64,000 nucleotides of DNA from Paragordius varius (lineage: Eukaryota > Animalia > Nematomorpha). The notes beneath the pieces are model-generated. The model had not been told where the DNA came from. It worked only from the letters and a program-made list of their open reading frames with translations, and ran no database searches. The stretch spans positions 3,162,001-3,226,000 of the forward strand of contig OZ176054.1 in NCBI GenBank assembly GCA_964247055.1. The letters run 5' to 3'. Of the stretch, positions 1 through 12,600 are shown in pieces. The stretch's first letter is position 1. Every line of letters begins with the position of its first letter. The position numbers were made by a program, and so were the translations under genes.

Positions 1-757
1 TTATAGCGTAGCGGATATGTTTTTATTTCTGCTTCCAAATTATCAATTCAGCTAAAAATTTAATAATTTGATTATCCAAACGATTTGAGTGAATATTTTC
101 CGATTAAAATAGTGTCAGTTTCTAATTCGCTTAAAAATAAGATCGCTCAAATTAACAATGTCAGGTAATTTGCAGAGCTAGTAGTTATTAATCACCCAAC
201 AGTTTCAGCCAGTTGTGATGAAGTTATAACATGCTTATTGTTTTTGACTTTACAAGTTACGGTTGCTACAGCGGAACGTTCATTCTCAAAGTTAAAAATA
301 ATTAAAAATAACATTAGAAGCACGATGGCTGAAAAAAGATTGAGCATTTTATCATTACTATAATTGAAGCCGAGATGGCGGATCAAATGGATAAAAAAGA
401 TATAATTTGAAAATTTGCTCACGCAAAATTGAGAAAACGAAATTTTAAAACATGATTTTCTGAATAATAGATGCTCTTAATAAGTTATTAATCATTTTAA
501 ACTTTAAAAATGAACGTTAAGATTAAGGAATTGGCGGTGGTTAGGGTCAGCGGGTGGCTGTTAATTATTATATATAACTTTTAAACTCAGGATGCCAAGT
601 AATGTAAACATTATCATTTTTAAATATAATATTTCTTTACGAATCTAAGTGATGCGCGAGGTGAAAAGCTAACTGCAAATAATTTTTTGGGGGGGAAGGG
701 GGGCCAGTATTTAAATATTTCAGGGGGGAGGGGGCGCAATCTATAGTTCCGCCACTG
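1..757 (+). mobile_element. 3' end of a hAT DNA transposon (5' part lies before the window)
   Basis: The transposase relic is followed by a G-rich subterminal tract and ends ...CTATAGTTCCGCCACTG at 757. The reverse complement, CAGTGGCGGAACTATAG, is a typical hAT TIR start. Confidence 0.7.
70..455 (+). pseudogene. Degenerate hAT transposase C-terminus (ZMYM1-like/hATC dimerisation region)
   Basis: Frame 1 from ~190 reads HPTVSASCDEVITCLLFLTLQVTVATAERSFSKLKIIKNNIRSTMAEKRLSILSLL. After a 1-nt frameshift it continues IEAEMADQMDKKDII*KFAHAKLRKRNF. This matches the hAT C-terminal motif LTLPVTVAxAERSFSKLKxIKxYLRSxMxQxRLxxLxLLSIE. Stops and the frameshift show it is dead. Confidence 0.85.
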
Positions 758-1732
758 ATAAAAGGTAAAAAAATTATCATCAATGATATGGTTTTGAGTT
801 GGGGTAACTTTTTCTAATCTCTTATAAATCAGTTAATTTAATTAAATATCCCATTATTCCTTAATTTGAAATCGAGCTTTCACAGTTTACTTTAATTTTG
901 AGTTTTTATCATATTGAAACATATATTTTTTCACATGAACAACATATGTTAAAATTTAAATGGCCATTATTATTAATTTTATAAGCGATCACAGTCACAC
1001 CCCTTTTCATAGGGTTTAAGCAAAAACTATTTTGATTATTCATAATAATTTATTTGTAATTTTTATCGGAACGATTTGATCATCGCGCTATCACAGCTAA
1101 AAAATAACTAAACCTTATTTTGATAATTGAAGTTTATGGTTGAGAGGGCGTTAGGTAATTTATATTTAGCTAACATTTTGGCATAGTTAAATGTTTTGGT
1201 GATAAATTTAAGCGTGAAAGTTTTTTTATTAGAGTTTTCCAAGTATTATTTTACATATATAATATATTCGCCTTTATACTCTATACATCCTGGCAAAAAT
1301 TAGTCCTTTAACAACAAAATATAATGTCATACTTTATATTGGCAAATTATTAAAGTTTTAACGTTCAATCAATTACTAAACTACATAAATAGTTAAACGA
1401 ACTTTAAAAGATATATTGATTCAAAAAAATTTTAAGGATAATCAAATAAGTCTAATTATTAATATAAATTATGGTTGGTCTTAAAATTAAGTTATATATA
1501 TATATATATATATAAGTAAAATTGTAATTGAGATTTATAAGGGATCTTAGATAGACTGTTACGTCTGTCCTCTATATAAAACCGCGGTCATTAAACCGGT
1601 GGTCGAAAAGAAAAAAAAGGAAATTGTACTCGAGTGGTCCGTTTGTTTGGTTATTAAAAATATAAATTTAATTTAAAAATATTATTTATATATATATATA
1701 TATATATTTATTCGAGCCAATATACTTTAACT

Positions 1733-2000
1733 CAGTAGGTTCCCAACCTTTTTTTGTTCACGCCCCACCAAATTGAAAATAAAAATTCTGGCGCCCTTTC
1801 TCAAAAAAATTCAAGATATATAATATTATGAAAATCCTATGAGATCCTTATATCTGCATTTTTTGAAATATTTCCTCCAGATCTGTAACAATTCTTAATA
1901 ATTCGCACCTGAAATCCTTAAATTTGCTTCTAGTATTTTTTTTATTGCCAGATTTTTCGCCCCCCTAGATTATTCTACGCCTCTCTTTTGGGAACCACTG
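1733..2000. mobile_element. hAT/Charlie-like MITE, 268 bp
   Basis: Ends CAGTAGGTTCCCAA ... TTGGGAACCACTG (CAGTGGTTCCCAA-type TIR). The 8-bp flanks CTTTAACT / CTCTAAAA are a partly matching TSD. Confidence 0.7.
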
Positions 2001-2459
2001 CTCTAAAACGTAATATTTTTAGAGTGGATTTGTCTGAATATTCAAAAATATTCCTATTTGTTGATTCAATTACTTAGCCGTTTACTACCAAATCTTGCAT
2101 CTTTTCACCGGCTGCTTTATTATAACAATTTTTTCATTTCCTAGCTTTACAATTTCAATTAATATATTTTTAATTAATTAAGGCACCAAAATACAAAACA
2201 CATTATAATATTAACCTTTGGCTTTTATCATTATTTTCTCTCTAGGAGTAAATAAGCCTAATGCTTTCTTCACATAACAAAAAATATATTCCTCTTATTT
2301 TAAGGACGCAAAAAACGCACAAAAGCTATTTCATTACATCTACAAACACTCGTTCTACTGGTTAAGAAGTTTTATCATGCTACATATACACGCTAAAAAA
2401 TCGATAAATTGCAAATGGCAGCCAGCAACTTGTTGTGTTCTTTAAATATGTGTACATAT

Positions 2460-2490
<31 letters not shown>

Positions 2491-4588
2491 GATATATAAC
2501 GTTTGTTAGGTTTAATTTAAAGCTTTTTAGTTTTAAATCTTTTTTATTGAAGTTTTAGCGCACAGTAGGATGAAATAAGTAGGAATTGTAGAGTGAAAAA
2601 CTTAACTGATGCCTATAATGAAAAAAAAAATGTATAATTTAGATATGTCATAAATATTAGGTGATGATATAAATAATCAGAAATTACAAGTTTTTTATAG
2701 CGGACACAACGTTAAAATTTAAAGACAATTTTTTTCTTAAAGACAACTAAACTCTATTTAAACCATATAGTTTTGGGTAACAAAATAGGATATAAAATGT
2801 ATAATGTTGCTATTTTTTGTTATATCAAATTGAATAGCTTATATGGCTAAAATTTAGGTTTTAGAATGTGTAGCGGCGTTTTTTGTAAAAAATATTTTGT
2901 CTTTATGGGTTAACCTTATATAAAATTTTCAAAATTTTCGTTTTATGCTCCTTCGGGAATTATATATAAGTAATTATAAATTAAAGATTTTCTTAAATTA
3001 AAAATAAGAAAATTGATTCAAAGTTTTCTTAAATTAAAAATTAAGAATAATAATTTCATTTTTGGGAAAAATAATACTTTTACAGCTAAAAATTGCCATA
3101 AAAACTGTATTATATGGAATTTATAAAAGATAGGCTCAGGCATGTATGGTTTCCTATTTAAAAATAAGTTAAATTAAAAAGTTATTGAAACAACGTATAT
3201 AGTTTATATATGTAAAAAGGTAAAATTACCTCATTATATCGTTTCATTCTTGTGTTTTTGAATTTCTTCCACATCAGCGATAATGATATGAGATTAGAAT
3301 CTTTTCATTTTGCCCAATAAATATTTTTAACCAAACACAAAATATTAGTTGCTTTTAAAATTAACTATAAATGTTTCACAGCTAATATTCCGAAACCCGG
3401 ACATTTCGATCATCAAACGAAGAAAAAAGCTTCAACCGAAAAGAAATTGATAGCAAAAAAATTATAATTGATATATTTTGAAAAATAATTTATAAAGTAA
3501 AATTATAAATAAATATCTGAGAATTTTAGATAGATATAGGCATTATTTATTGATCGTTTTAATTTTTTATACTTTACATTAGTTATAGTTAGAGCTATAT
3601 TTTATTATTTTATTAATAATATATATTTATAGATTTTATAGATTTTATAATATGCGTAGCATTTATTTTAACATTCAAAATATCCGAGGAGATTTTTCCA
3701 AAAAAATATTGATCTGTTTTCCAATACAGTAAGTACAGGCATGCACTACAATGTATTTGCTTAATCTATTTTGTACCTGATTGGTGTCCTGTAGATCTCA
3801 GTTAGCTAATAATTAGATTTTCCTATTTTTTTTTATAAAAACCCAATTTTGAAAAAAAGTATACTCGACACTTGTAATTTTTAGTTAAATCAATCTTTGT
3901 TTTAACTTTTAACAGGCCTTGTAAGAAAAAATAAAAAAAATAAAAAATTTTCACTATACTCTGGAGAGATTAAAAATGATATTAGCCACCACTTTTTATC
4001 GATGAGTTTTTATTACGAAATATCTATCCTCCTTCATATGTTATTAATTAATAAATATATTTTTGCATAGTAAATTTTTACTAAATTTTAATTAAATATA
4101 TATAAATAATAATATGTAAATATATATTATTTTTATATATTATATAATCTAAAGCAACATCTGCCTAACAAGCCAGAATTTGCGTTGATTTTTTAAAAAA
4201 ATATATAATTTATATATTTCATTGATTTCTATGATCTTACGCAACAATAATAAAAATAATACTAATATATTGCCTGTGTATGATCAATACAGGATTTTTA
4301 TTTTTTATTTTTATTCTCCATGAAAATACAATCCCTTAACATTAGAAAGAATAGTTTTTTTAAAAATATTTTAAAATATAATAAATTTTTTAGGGAAGGA
4401 AAATGTTGTAAGATATATATTTTTTGTTAAAATGTATTTAATGCCTAATATACCCCTACGCATCTCATGTATAAAATCTATCCGATTCGTGATGAATTAA
4501 ACCAAAAAATCTGCCAGAGCTTTTATAGATAAAAGGACGAGGGTGTTATATCATTTCTAAATGTGACACAAAATATATTTTTTATTTA

Positions 4589-4712
4589 CAGTAGCGTATG
4601 GCATAAAACAATATTAGTCCAAAAAAGAATTTTTTTTAAAAAAAACAAGGGTATATTATGGATAAGTGTATATACAACTAGGCTTAATAATGTTTTATGC
4701 CATACGCTACTG
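4589..4712. mobile_element. 124-bp TA-flanked MITE (Tc1/mariner/pogo-like)
   Basis: TA|CAGTAGCGTATGGCATAAAACAATATTA ... TAATAATGTTTTATGCCATACGCTACTG|TA: 28-bp TIRs with 1 mismatch and TA on both sides. Confidence 0.7.
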
Positions 4713-4776
4713 TATATATATTCTCCAAAGGATTTAAATTTAAATTTTTTTATTTTATTGTCCCCCTTTACCATAC

Positions 4777-4807
<31 letters not shown>

Positions 4808-4828
4808 CTATTCATATTTAATTAATTT

Positions 4829-4876
<48 letters not shown>

Positions 4877-6668
4877 GACAGATTTTATATAACAGAAAAT
4901 TTATTGAAAACACAATGTATAGAAACAATGTTGTAAAAAAATATAAAATAAAAAATGTCACTCATTTTTAATAATATATGTATATCTTTTGTTGCAAACG
5001 CCACGCTTTCCATATACTATCTAACTGGGGAATAGCTACTATACGCTATAAGCACACACAAAAATATATTTTTATCATTTTTTTACGCAAAAATAAAAAA
5101 TAAATAAATAAATTTTCCATAAATATTATTTATATATATTATATAATTTTGACTCCATAACGTCATCATCATTACACTCTTTGCCTCCAAAACATGAGAT
5201 GTATTATGAAATGAAATGAAATCCAATCTTTAGCTCACTAGAATTCATTTTTATTCATGAATTTTGAATTTTTTCTAATTTAAATTTTATTAGTGGAAAT
5301 CTCACTCTTTTTTTTCTATAAAAAATTTTCCACCTAATCAAATACTCATCATATATCTAATCTAAATCATTCCAATTTTACTATGATTGCAACGGTCTTT
5401 TAGCCTATTTATTAGCATAGTTAAATTCTAACACTGATAGTTAAATTATCAAATTTATTTCGGAATACTAGTTGAATCTTAACACTTAATCCAATCCTAT
5501 AAATTTGCGGTTTTTGGAAAAACTGCTGAGATGCCTTGATAATGAATAAAAATTTTTTCCTCACAATGATGGAAGGAAGATTTTACATTACATATATAAC
5601 ACATCTTTTTTATGTATTCATTGGTATATTTATTTTTTAATTTAAAATCATTTTTTCCCTTGTTAACATGCAAAATAAATTCATCTACTAAACATTCTTT
5701 TTATCCAAACATACACAAATTAATCATTTCTGGTGTGTGTGAATAACATCCGATTGGAAATTCGAAAATATCATAAATGGTATATTTTTTGGATAATTAT
5801 ATATATATGTTCAAAGTAAATTTTTATCCTCATTAGAGAAGCTTTTTTAATAAAAAAAATCTATTATATTATTCGTAAATTGGAGCTATTAACACAGTTA
5901 AAATATACTTTTTTTGAAAATCTTAGATTTACCCCCTGCCTGTCTGCATTGCATGTTTTACATAAGATTTCTCTCCTCGAATATTTAAAGTTAATTTTTG
6001 TTAAAATTTAAATTTATATATACATTTAATTAAGTATAATTTACAATGCAAAACTTCGGGTTAAATATTGTTTCAACTAGTCCTAGAGTTTTTTTTAAAA
6101 CTGCTATATGCATGCTAATGGTAATAATTTTAAAAAATAGCTTTCAGGGTTCCTATCCTTTATCTTTATTATATTATCAGATTACCTCCTTTTTTAAAAA
6201 AATAATTTTTTTTACTAATAATAATAATAATAATATATTTAATCATATCATTAATAATTAATTTTTAATGGAATAAACAATTTCATTTTGTGGCTTCATC
6301 TGGTTATTGCATAATAATGGCTGCTTTCTAAAAGAAAAAAAAACCTAAGTTTCCTGACAATTCTTGTTTGCATGCCTGCTTTTTCTTAGCGTCCCTTGCT
6401 ATTATATAATTACTAATACTATTATTACACACTCTAGGACTGACTCTAAGCTTTTTCCGTGTTTATATATATATGTATATATTTTATTTGGCTTTATACA
6501 TTTTAATTTTTTGTACCATTTTTTTGTAGATGATAACATATACGCATTTTTGGCAAACTCTATCAAGATCTGGTCTAATTCGATATCATGGCTTATTAGG
6601 CTTTAACACCATAGTATATGCAAAGAAATATGATTGATTATAAATTCCTCCTTTAAATATTTTTATTA

Positions 6669-9600
6669 ATGTCCACAATCTCACATACTTCTAATTCTAT
6701 ATCGCTCGCTAACTCAAACAAAAATGAGATGGCTGACCAAAATTCTCTCAGCTCGTCATTGAATAATAATGAACCCTCTTCGAATACGGGAAAAAATTTT
6801 GGTTTAACCCAACCAAATAATGTTGTACTGAATGGTTCGAAAGAATACATGTTACTACGGAATGATGTTACGCCGCCATTAGATATGTTACTTTCCTCAT
6901 CAACCATTTTCCCCTTGAATGTGTTGGAACAACATTTTAACTCAACCACCAACCGAAATACGAATGCTTCAGTCATTCAGGATGGGACCGGGTCTGATCA
7001 TAACAGCAATATCAACAATAATAATAACAATTTATTGTTAAATAAATTGACATCACCGGCTCCGTTAAATAATAATAATCGCCAAAATAGTAAAGATCCA
7101 ATGTCCAGTGTAAAATTCAGCAATCAGAACCAACTTGAGCAAGACGCAAACATTTCTACAAATATGGTTGACACAAATGTTAACAACATTAATAACATCA
7201 GTAATTCCAATAATGAGGGAAATGTTTCAGACTCTAATTTGGCAACATATGCAACGCTGACTCCTTTACAGCCCCTACCCTCCATTCTATCCACCATGAA
7301 TTTACAACATCAACAACAGCAATCTTTGTTGTTAGAGGATCATCAAACACCCATTCCCGATTCTCAAATGGCTCCTCAAAGCTTATTAACCCTAAGCAAT
7401 ATGGAGACATCGACACAATTACTTTTAGATCAACCGTTAAGGTCTTCTACCAACCTTGTTGATCAAACTTTAACTTTTCCGCCACAAACCGGTCGGCTAA
7501 ATTTGGACTTGGAGGCAGCCCAGCAACAAAGCTCTTTGCTGGGTATGAATTTATCATCCGGCCTTACGAGTCAACTTGAACAGTTACAAAATGTGCTAAA
7601 ATCCTCTCAGCAAATACCCCTGGGTAACTTAATGACGCAAAATGAATTAGCTAGCGTTATGATAGGCGGAAATGGTAATAATGAAGAAATTCTTGCTGCT
7701 AATAATTCCAATACAAATCAAATGGTACTGAAAAGCGGCATTTCGAATTTGATAAATGTAGCTTTGATGGAAGAAAGCCAATCAATAACAGGTTGTTCAC
7801 AAAATATGGCGGCCAATATACCGACAATTAATATTTTAGATAATGGCGGTGCTCATGCTTTCGGAAACAACAATCGTTTTATGGATATAGCTAACAGTAG
7901 CAATAATAATTTGAAATCAAATTATTCCTTACAATCAGGTAGCCTGGACCCTAGGCATATTCTTTCTAATGGGCCTCAAAATTCATTGAATGCATTAGGC
8001 GGTATAGGTACCTTGCTTCAAGGTAACTCTTTGAACACAGACCTACAAACGGCCCTAGAAATCGATCGTTTCAATTACATCCAACATCATATAAGGAATC
8101 TTGACCATAATCGAGCAAATAACTCAGTTTCTCCACTCATGAACACAACGAACAAAAATGATGATGGTACACAAAGTTTTCGATTATCCCAATCATTGCT
8201 TCAAACCGATCAAAATACCCAAAAATTATTGCTTATGGCTCAGGAACTTGAACAATTACCTAACCATAATAATAAAAATGATAATATTGGCCTGAGATCT
8301 GGGATATCTTCGCTGTTGTCCCAACCCTTTGTCCAAACTAACAATGCTAATAATAGCAACGCGCAAAATTCTCAAACTAATCTTTCTCAAAGTATTTTAT
8401 CATTGGATGACATCTTGTTAAATCAGTCAAATACTATAACGGATCTCTTGTCACTCAACAATAACAATAGTTCACAACTTTTGCAAAATCAATTATCACA
8501 TTACGGCTCGGGTGGTATGCAAAAACCTTTAGTTAAAGTTGAACATTTTCTTAAAGACATTCAAAATGCGGATCTTATGTTAAATCAACAACATCAAGGC
8601 GGTAACTTACTCTATTGCGGCGAAATTAATAAAAGTAACAATAATAATATATTTACGCTACCCTATAATAATACAAGCACCAATTTTTCCAATCAAAGCA
8701 ATATAGTTATTCACCATCATGGAAGTTTAATTAACCCTAATCGTCCACAAAATAACCCAAACCCTAGTTTGTCTAATGATGGCAACTCCGCTAACCACCT
8801 ACATTCCTCCACAAACAATGGACTTTTTCTCCTTGGCCCCAACAATCCTCAAATGGTAAATAACCAACAATTAGGGACAGAAACGAATCTGTTCATCAAT
8901 GCAAATCGAAACTCGAATCTCGGGACTCTTTTGAATCAATATGGCTGCCAACCATCTACTAACAACAATGTGAATGTAGGACCAAAAAGTTTAAATGCCG
9001 CCCTATTACTTCAACAATACAATAATCAACAAAAATTTCAACACCAAAATCTGCAAAGTGGAAACTTGGGTGGTCATCAATTGACTCAACTTGTTTCCCT
9101 TGATATTTCTCAAAACTCCGCTGCATCCAATTCACATAAGAATAACACAATGAATTTTATTGTAAATGATCTTCATAAGATTGACAATAATCAAGGTCCT
9201 TACCCTAGTAATAATATAAACAATTCCAAACTTCCAAATATAGTCGTCATAAAAAATGATATTTTAGAATCGAGTCGAAACTCAAAAAAGGCCCATATAT
9301 TATCTGCCAATAACGCTATTAATCATGTTGTCAACACAAATAACTATAATTGCAATAATGCATACAGATTTTCCAATTTGATTTCAGACCAGGCTCTTTC
9401 CTCAATGTTAGACACATCCGGGAAAGTATCATGTAACCAAGATAATTTATTGTCCTTTATTTCAGAGGATCATAACAATACAGCAAAATCTGACCTTATG
9501 TTTGGGTCTGACCTTTCAAAAATTGGCGATAATCCATCCCACCAATTGGTTAACAGTTTTAATGCCCTCTTAGAAAGTAATAACAATAGTTCGAATCTTT

Positions 9601-12600
9601 TACTTGTTAATGGCATTATTGTCAATGCCTCAGACATTAAAATTGATAATAGTAATAAAAATAGTACGATAAATAAACCAATCACTCCCATAAGTGTGAC
9701 TGGGAAGCGAAAAACTACCAGCATCAATAATGTTTCAACCTCTAGCGCAAGTGCATCAAATTCACCAACCAAAACATCCTCAAAATCGACAAACAAAACT
9801 TCTGCAAAGCTATCAGCCACACCAGGCGAACAAAATAACTCCTCGCCAGCTAAATCGATTCACCTTACGGGTGGGAAGAAGTGGGGGACCCCATTTTCTT
9901 CCACACCAATGAAAGATGCGGGAGGACTCGTTAAAGGTGAAGATATCGATATGTCTCCAATGAATGGGATACTCGATAGCAAACCATATGCACCTGATGG
10001 AAAGTTAATGCATTCTTTTAATACAACGTCCGGTTATTTGGAATCATCAACTACCAACAATGATTTAACAATCAACAATAACAGTAACCTTACTGCAAGT
10101 ATTAATGCCTCCCCAATCTCCCAACTAACTAACGATCAACAAACCTTTCATCAATCTTTCCGTTTCAGTGCGGCAGATACGAGTACAATATCGGATGAGA
10201 TGTTAGAAGGTGGTGTGGTTAGAACTACAAGAGGAAGACAAGATCAAAGACGAGCAGTTTCAAGTTCTCCAGGCAGTGGAGGCGAGGAAGTAGAGGAAAT
10301 TAATACGAAAGAGTTGGCTCAACGCATTTCTAGCGAACTTAAACGATACAGCATTCCACAAGCTGTTTTTGCACAACGCGTATTATGTCGGAGTCAGGGT
10401 ACCCTTAGCGATTTACTCAGAAATCCAAAACCATGGAGCAAGCTAAAATCCGGACGTGAAACTTTTCGTCGCATGTTTAAGTGGTTGGAAGAACCAGAAT
10501 TCCAACGCATGTCAGCTCTTCGCCTTGCCGGTCATTTTTCGGACGATAAAATTGGTAATTTATAAAAAAAGTTGTATTTGAGGTTAAAATTTTATTTTAT
10601 AAAATAATTGGATTTCTTATATATAATAAATTGAAAAATTTGTATTGTTTTTATTTTTCAATAAATTTTTTTACCTCACTATGCTATAACATATTTATAT
10701 TTTTTAAAAGCAGGTCGCTGCGCATACGTACGCCGTTTGTGTAAACATGCTCCATTGAATATAATTATTATATTAACATAAATATTACGTTATGTTTTAG
10801 TAGACCATTTGCGTTTTTTATATTCAATTAGAGCAAATTATTAATAATAGTTTTTTTAAAATAAATGCTCCATACAACCTGTTTTTATAAATGCTATAGT
10901 ATATAGGGTTATTTTTAAATATCAATTGCATTGGTAACTTGTTTCAAGTATTAGAGTGTTTATTATAGTATATTAAACTATAGAATCTATTTTAATTGTC
11001 TTAATAAACTAGAATTATTAAGAAAAAAACCATAATTATTTATACTTGATAGAAACGGAGTCAGTTGTATAGAATACGTGCATTTTTATTGGGTTTTTTA
11101 ACTGATGGACTTCGGAGAGCAGTTGAACCGGTGATTTTTATTAGAATATGCAAATACCGTATTACGTGTTTTAAAAATTGACTTTTTACAATCTATTTTT
11201 TTACTGTGATATACCAGTACTTTTGAATAGTAGTTTTTACCCTAAGCGTTTCCAACTAATCTGCTTACAGTGTGTAATCATAAAAACCTAATCCTACTCT
11301 CTAAAAAATATTTATTTATAGCAAATGAGAAAAGAGTTTCTTTTTTTAGATTTTACATTAAACAGGCATCCTTTTATCATATATACATACATAAAAATTT
11401 CCTAATTTTAACTGAGCCTAAACCTATAAAAATAAAAAAGTGCGTATTAGTAATATAGTAGTCAAGAAAAATCGATAAAATATGTTTTGTTGCAAAATGT
11501 GTAAAAGGATTGTTTCTATTTTGTTTAGAAAACAAAGAGTTTTGGCGTCAGATTTAACTTTATTTGAATAGATGATGATAATTAAACCAAAATTTATGCT
11601 AATTTATCCATACAAATTTGATCATTACTTAAAAGATCTAAACACAATGGCTTGGTTTGAACTTCTTTTTGTGTAATTACTTTAAGAATGATATAATTCA
11701 TTTAAACTATGTACATGTTGGATAGGAAAGAAAAAAGATGAAAAACAAATATCATTTCCAGAACCAATCCCTGAACATCAAGTTTTAATACCAACTCCAC
11801 AGCAAACGCCCCAACAATCACTCCCACAACCCATAAACGTGGCCTCCTCAGAAAGCAGTAACAGTAGCAATAATGGACATAAAAAACCACGCTTAGTTTT
11901 TACTGACATACAGAGGCGTACGCTACAGGTCATTCTTTTTCTCATAACATTTTAACTTTTACATAGTTTAATGACATTTTGTATGACAGCTTAAAAATGG
12001 TAATGATTTAATTATTAGATAATTGACTAGATAGATATAAAACAGTGTTAGTGATTGTCATTATAAACCACCCTAATGATAGACTATGAGAATATCATTC
12101 ATATATCTCTGGGTTTTTTTTTCAATATCTGTAATATTACTCTTTTAATTGTATACACTTACTTTACCTTTGATGACATTTACATTTTGGAGTAATTATA
12201 TATATCTCAGGACTTAAACTTGTAAATAAACTGCTGTTGTGATAGTTGTTTTGGTTAGAATTTAACTAAACATTGTTCTCCTGTATCTAAAATAAAGCTT
12301 ATATTTTTTACAGTCTTTAACTTTTACAGTTACAAATTAGAATACCTCAAAACCCGATTAAAACAAACACCTCAAAGGAATCATTAATAAAAATTTGCTG
12401 CTAAAATATATTTTGATAATTTTTAAGTTTATTAATTGCATTTTTACCCCATATACAGTGCTTCAATTAGCGATAAAAATATCAAAGAAAAAAATGGCGG
12501 CCAAAAATTTTAGATTAGGAATTGTGTTAATTTCACTTTCAATATCTTTTCCAATTTAAAATTGCTCTGGGGCGAAAAACTACCCTTAAAAGAAATAAAT

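Noticed and set aside
4563-4892. 109-aa ORF, and similar short ORFs at 6046, 6364, 17215, 33252, 45883, 50916, 55611-56085 and 58757
   Set aside because: They are built from (AT)n microsatellites, MITE or AT-rich sequence, give I/Y/F/K-biased translations, and show no motifs or splice support.
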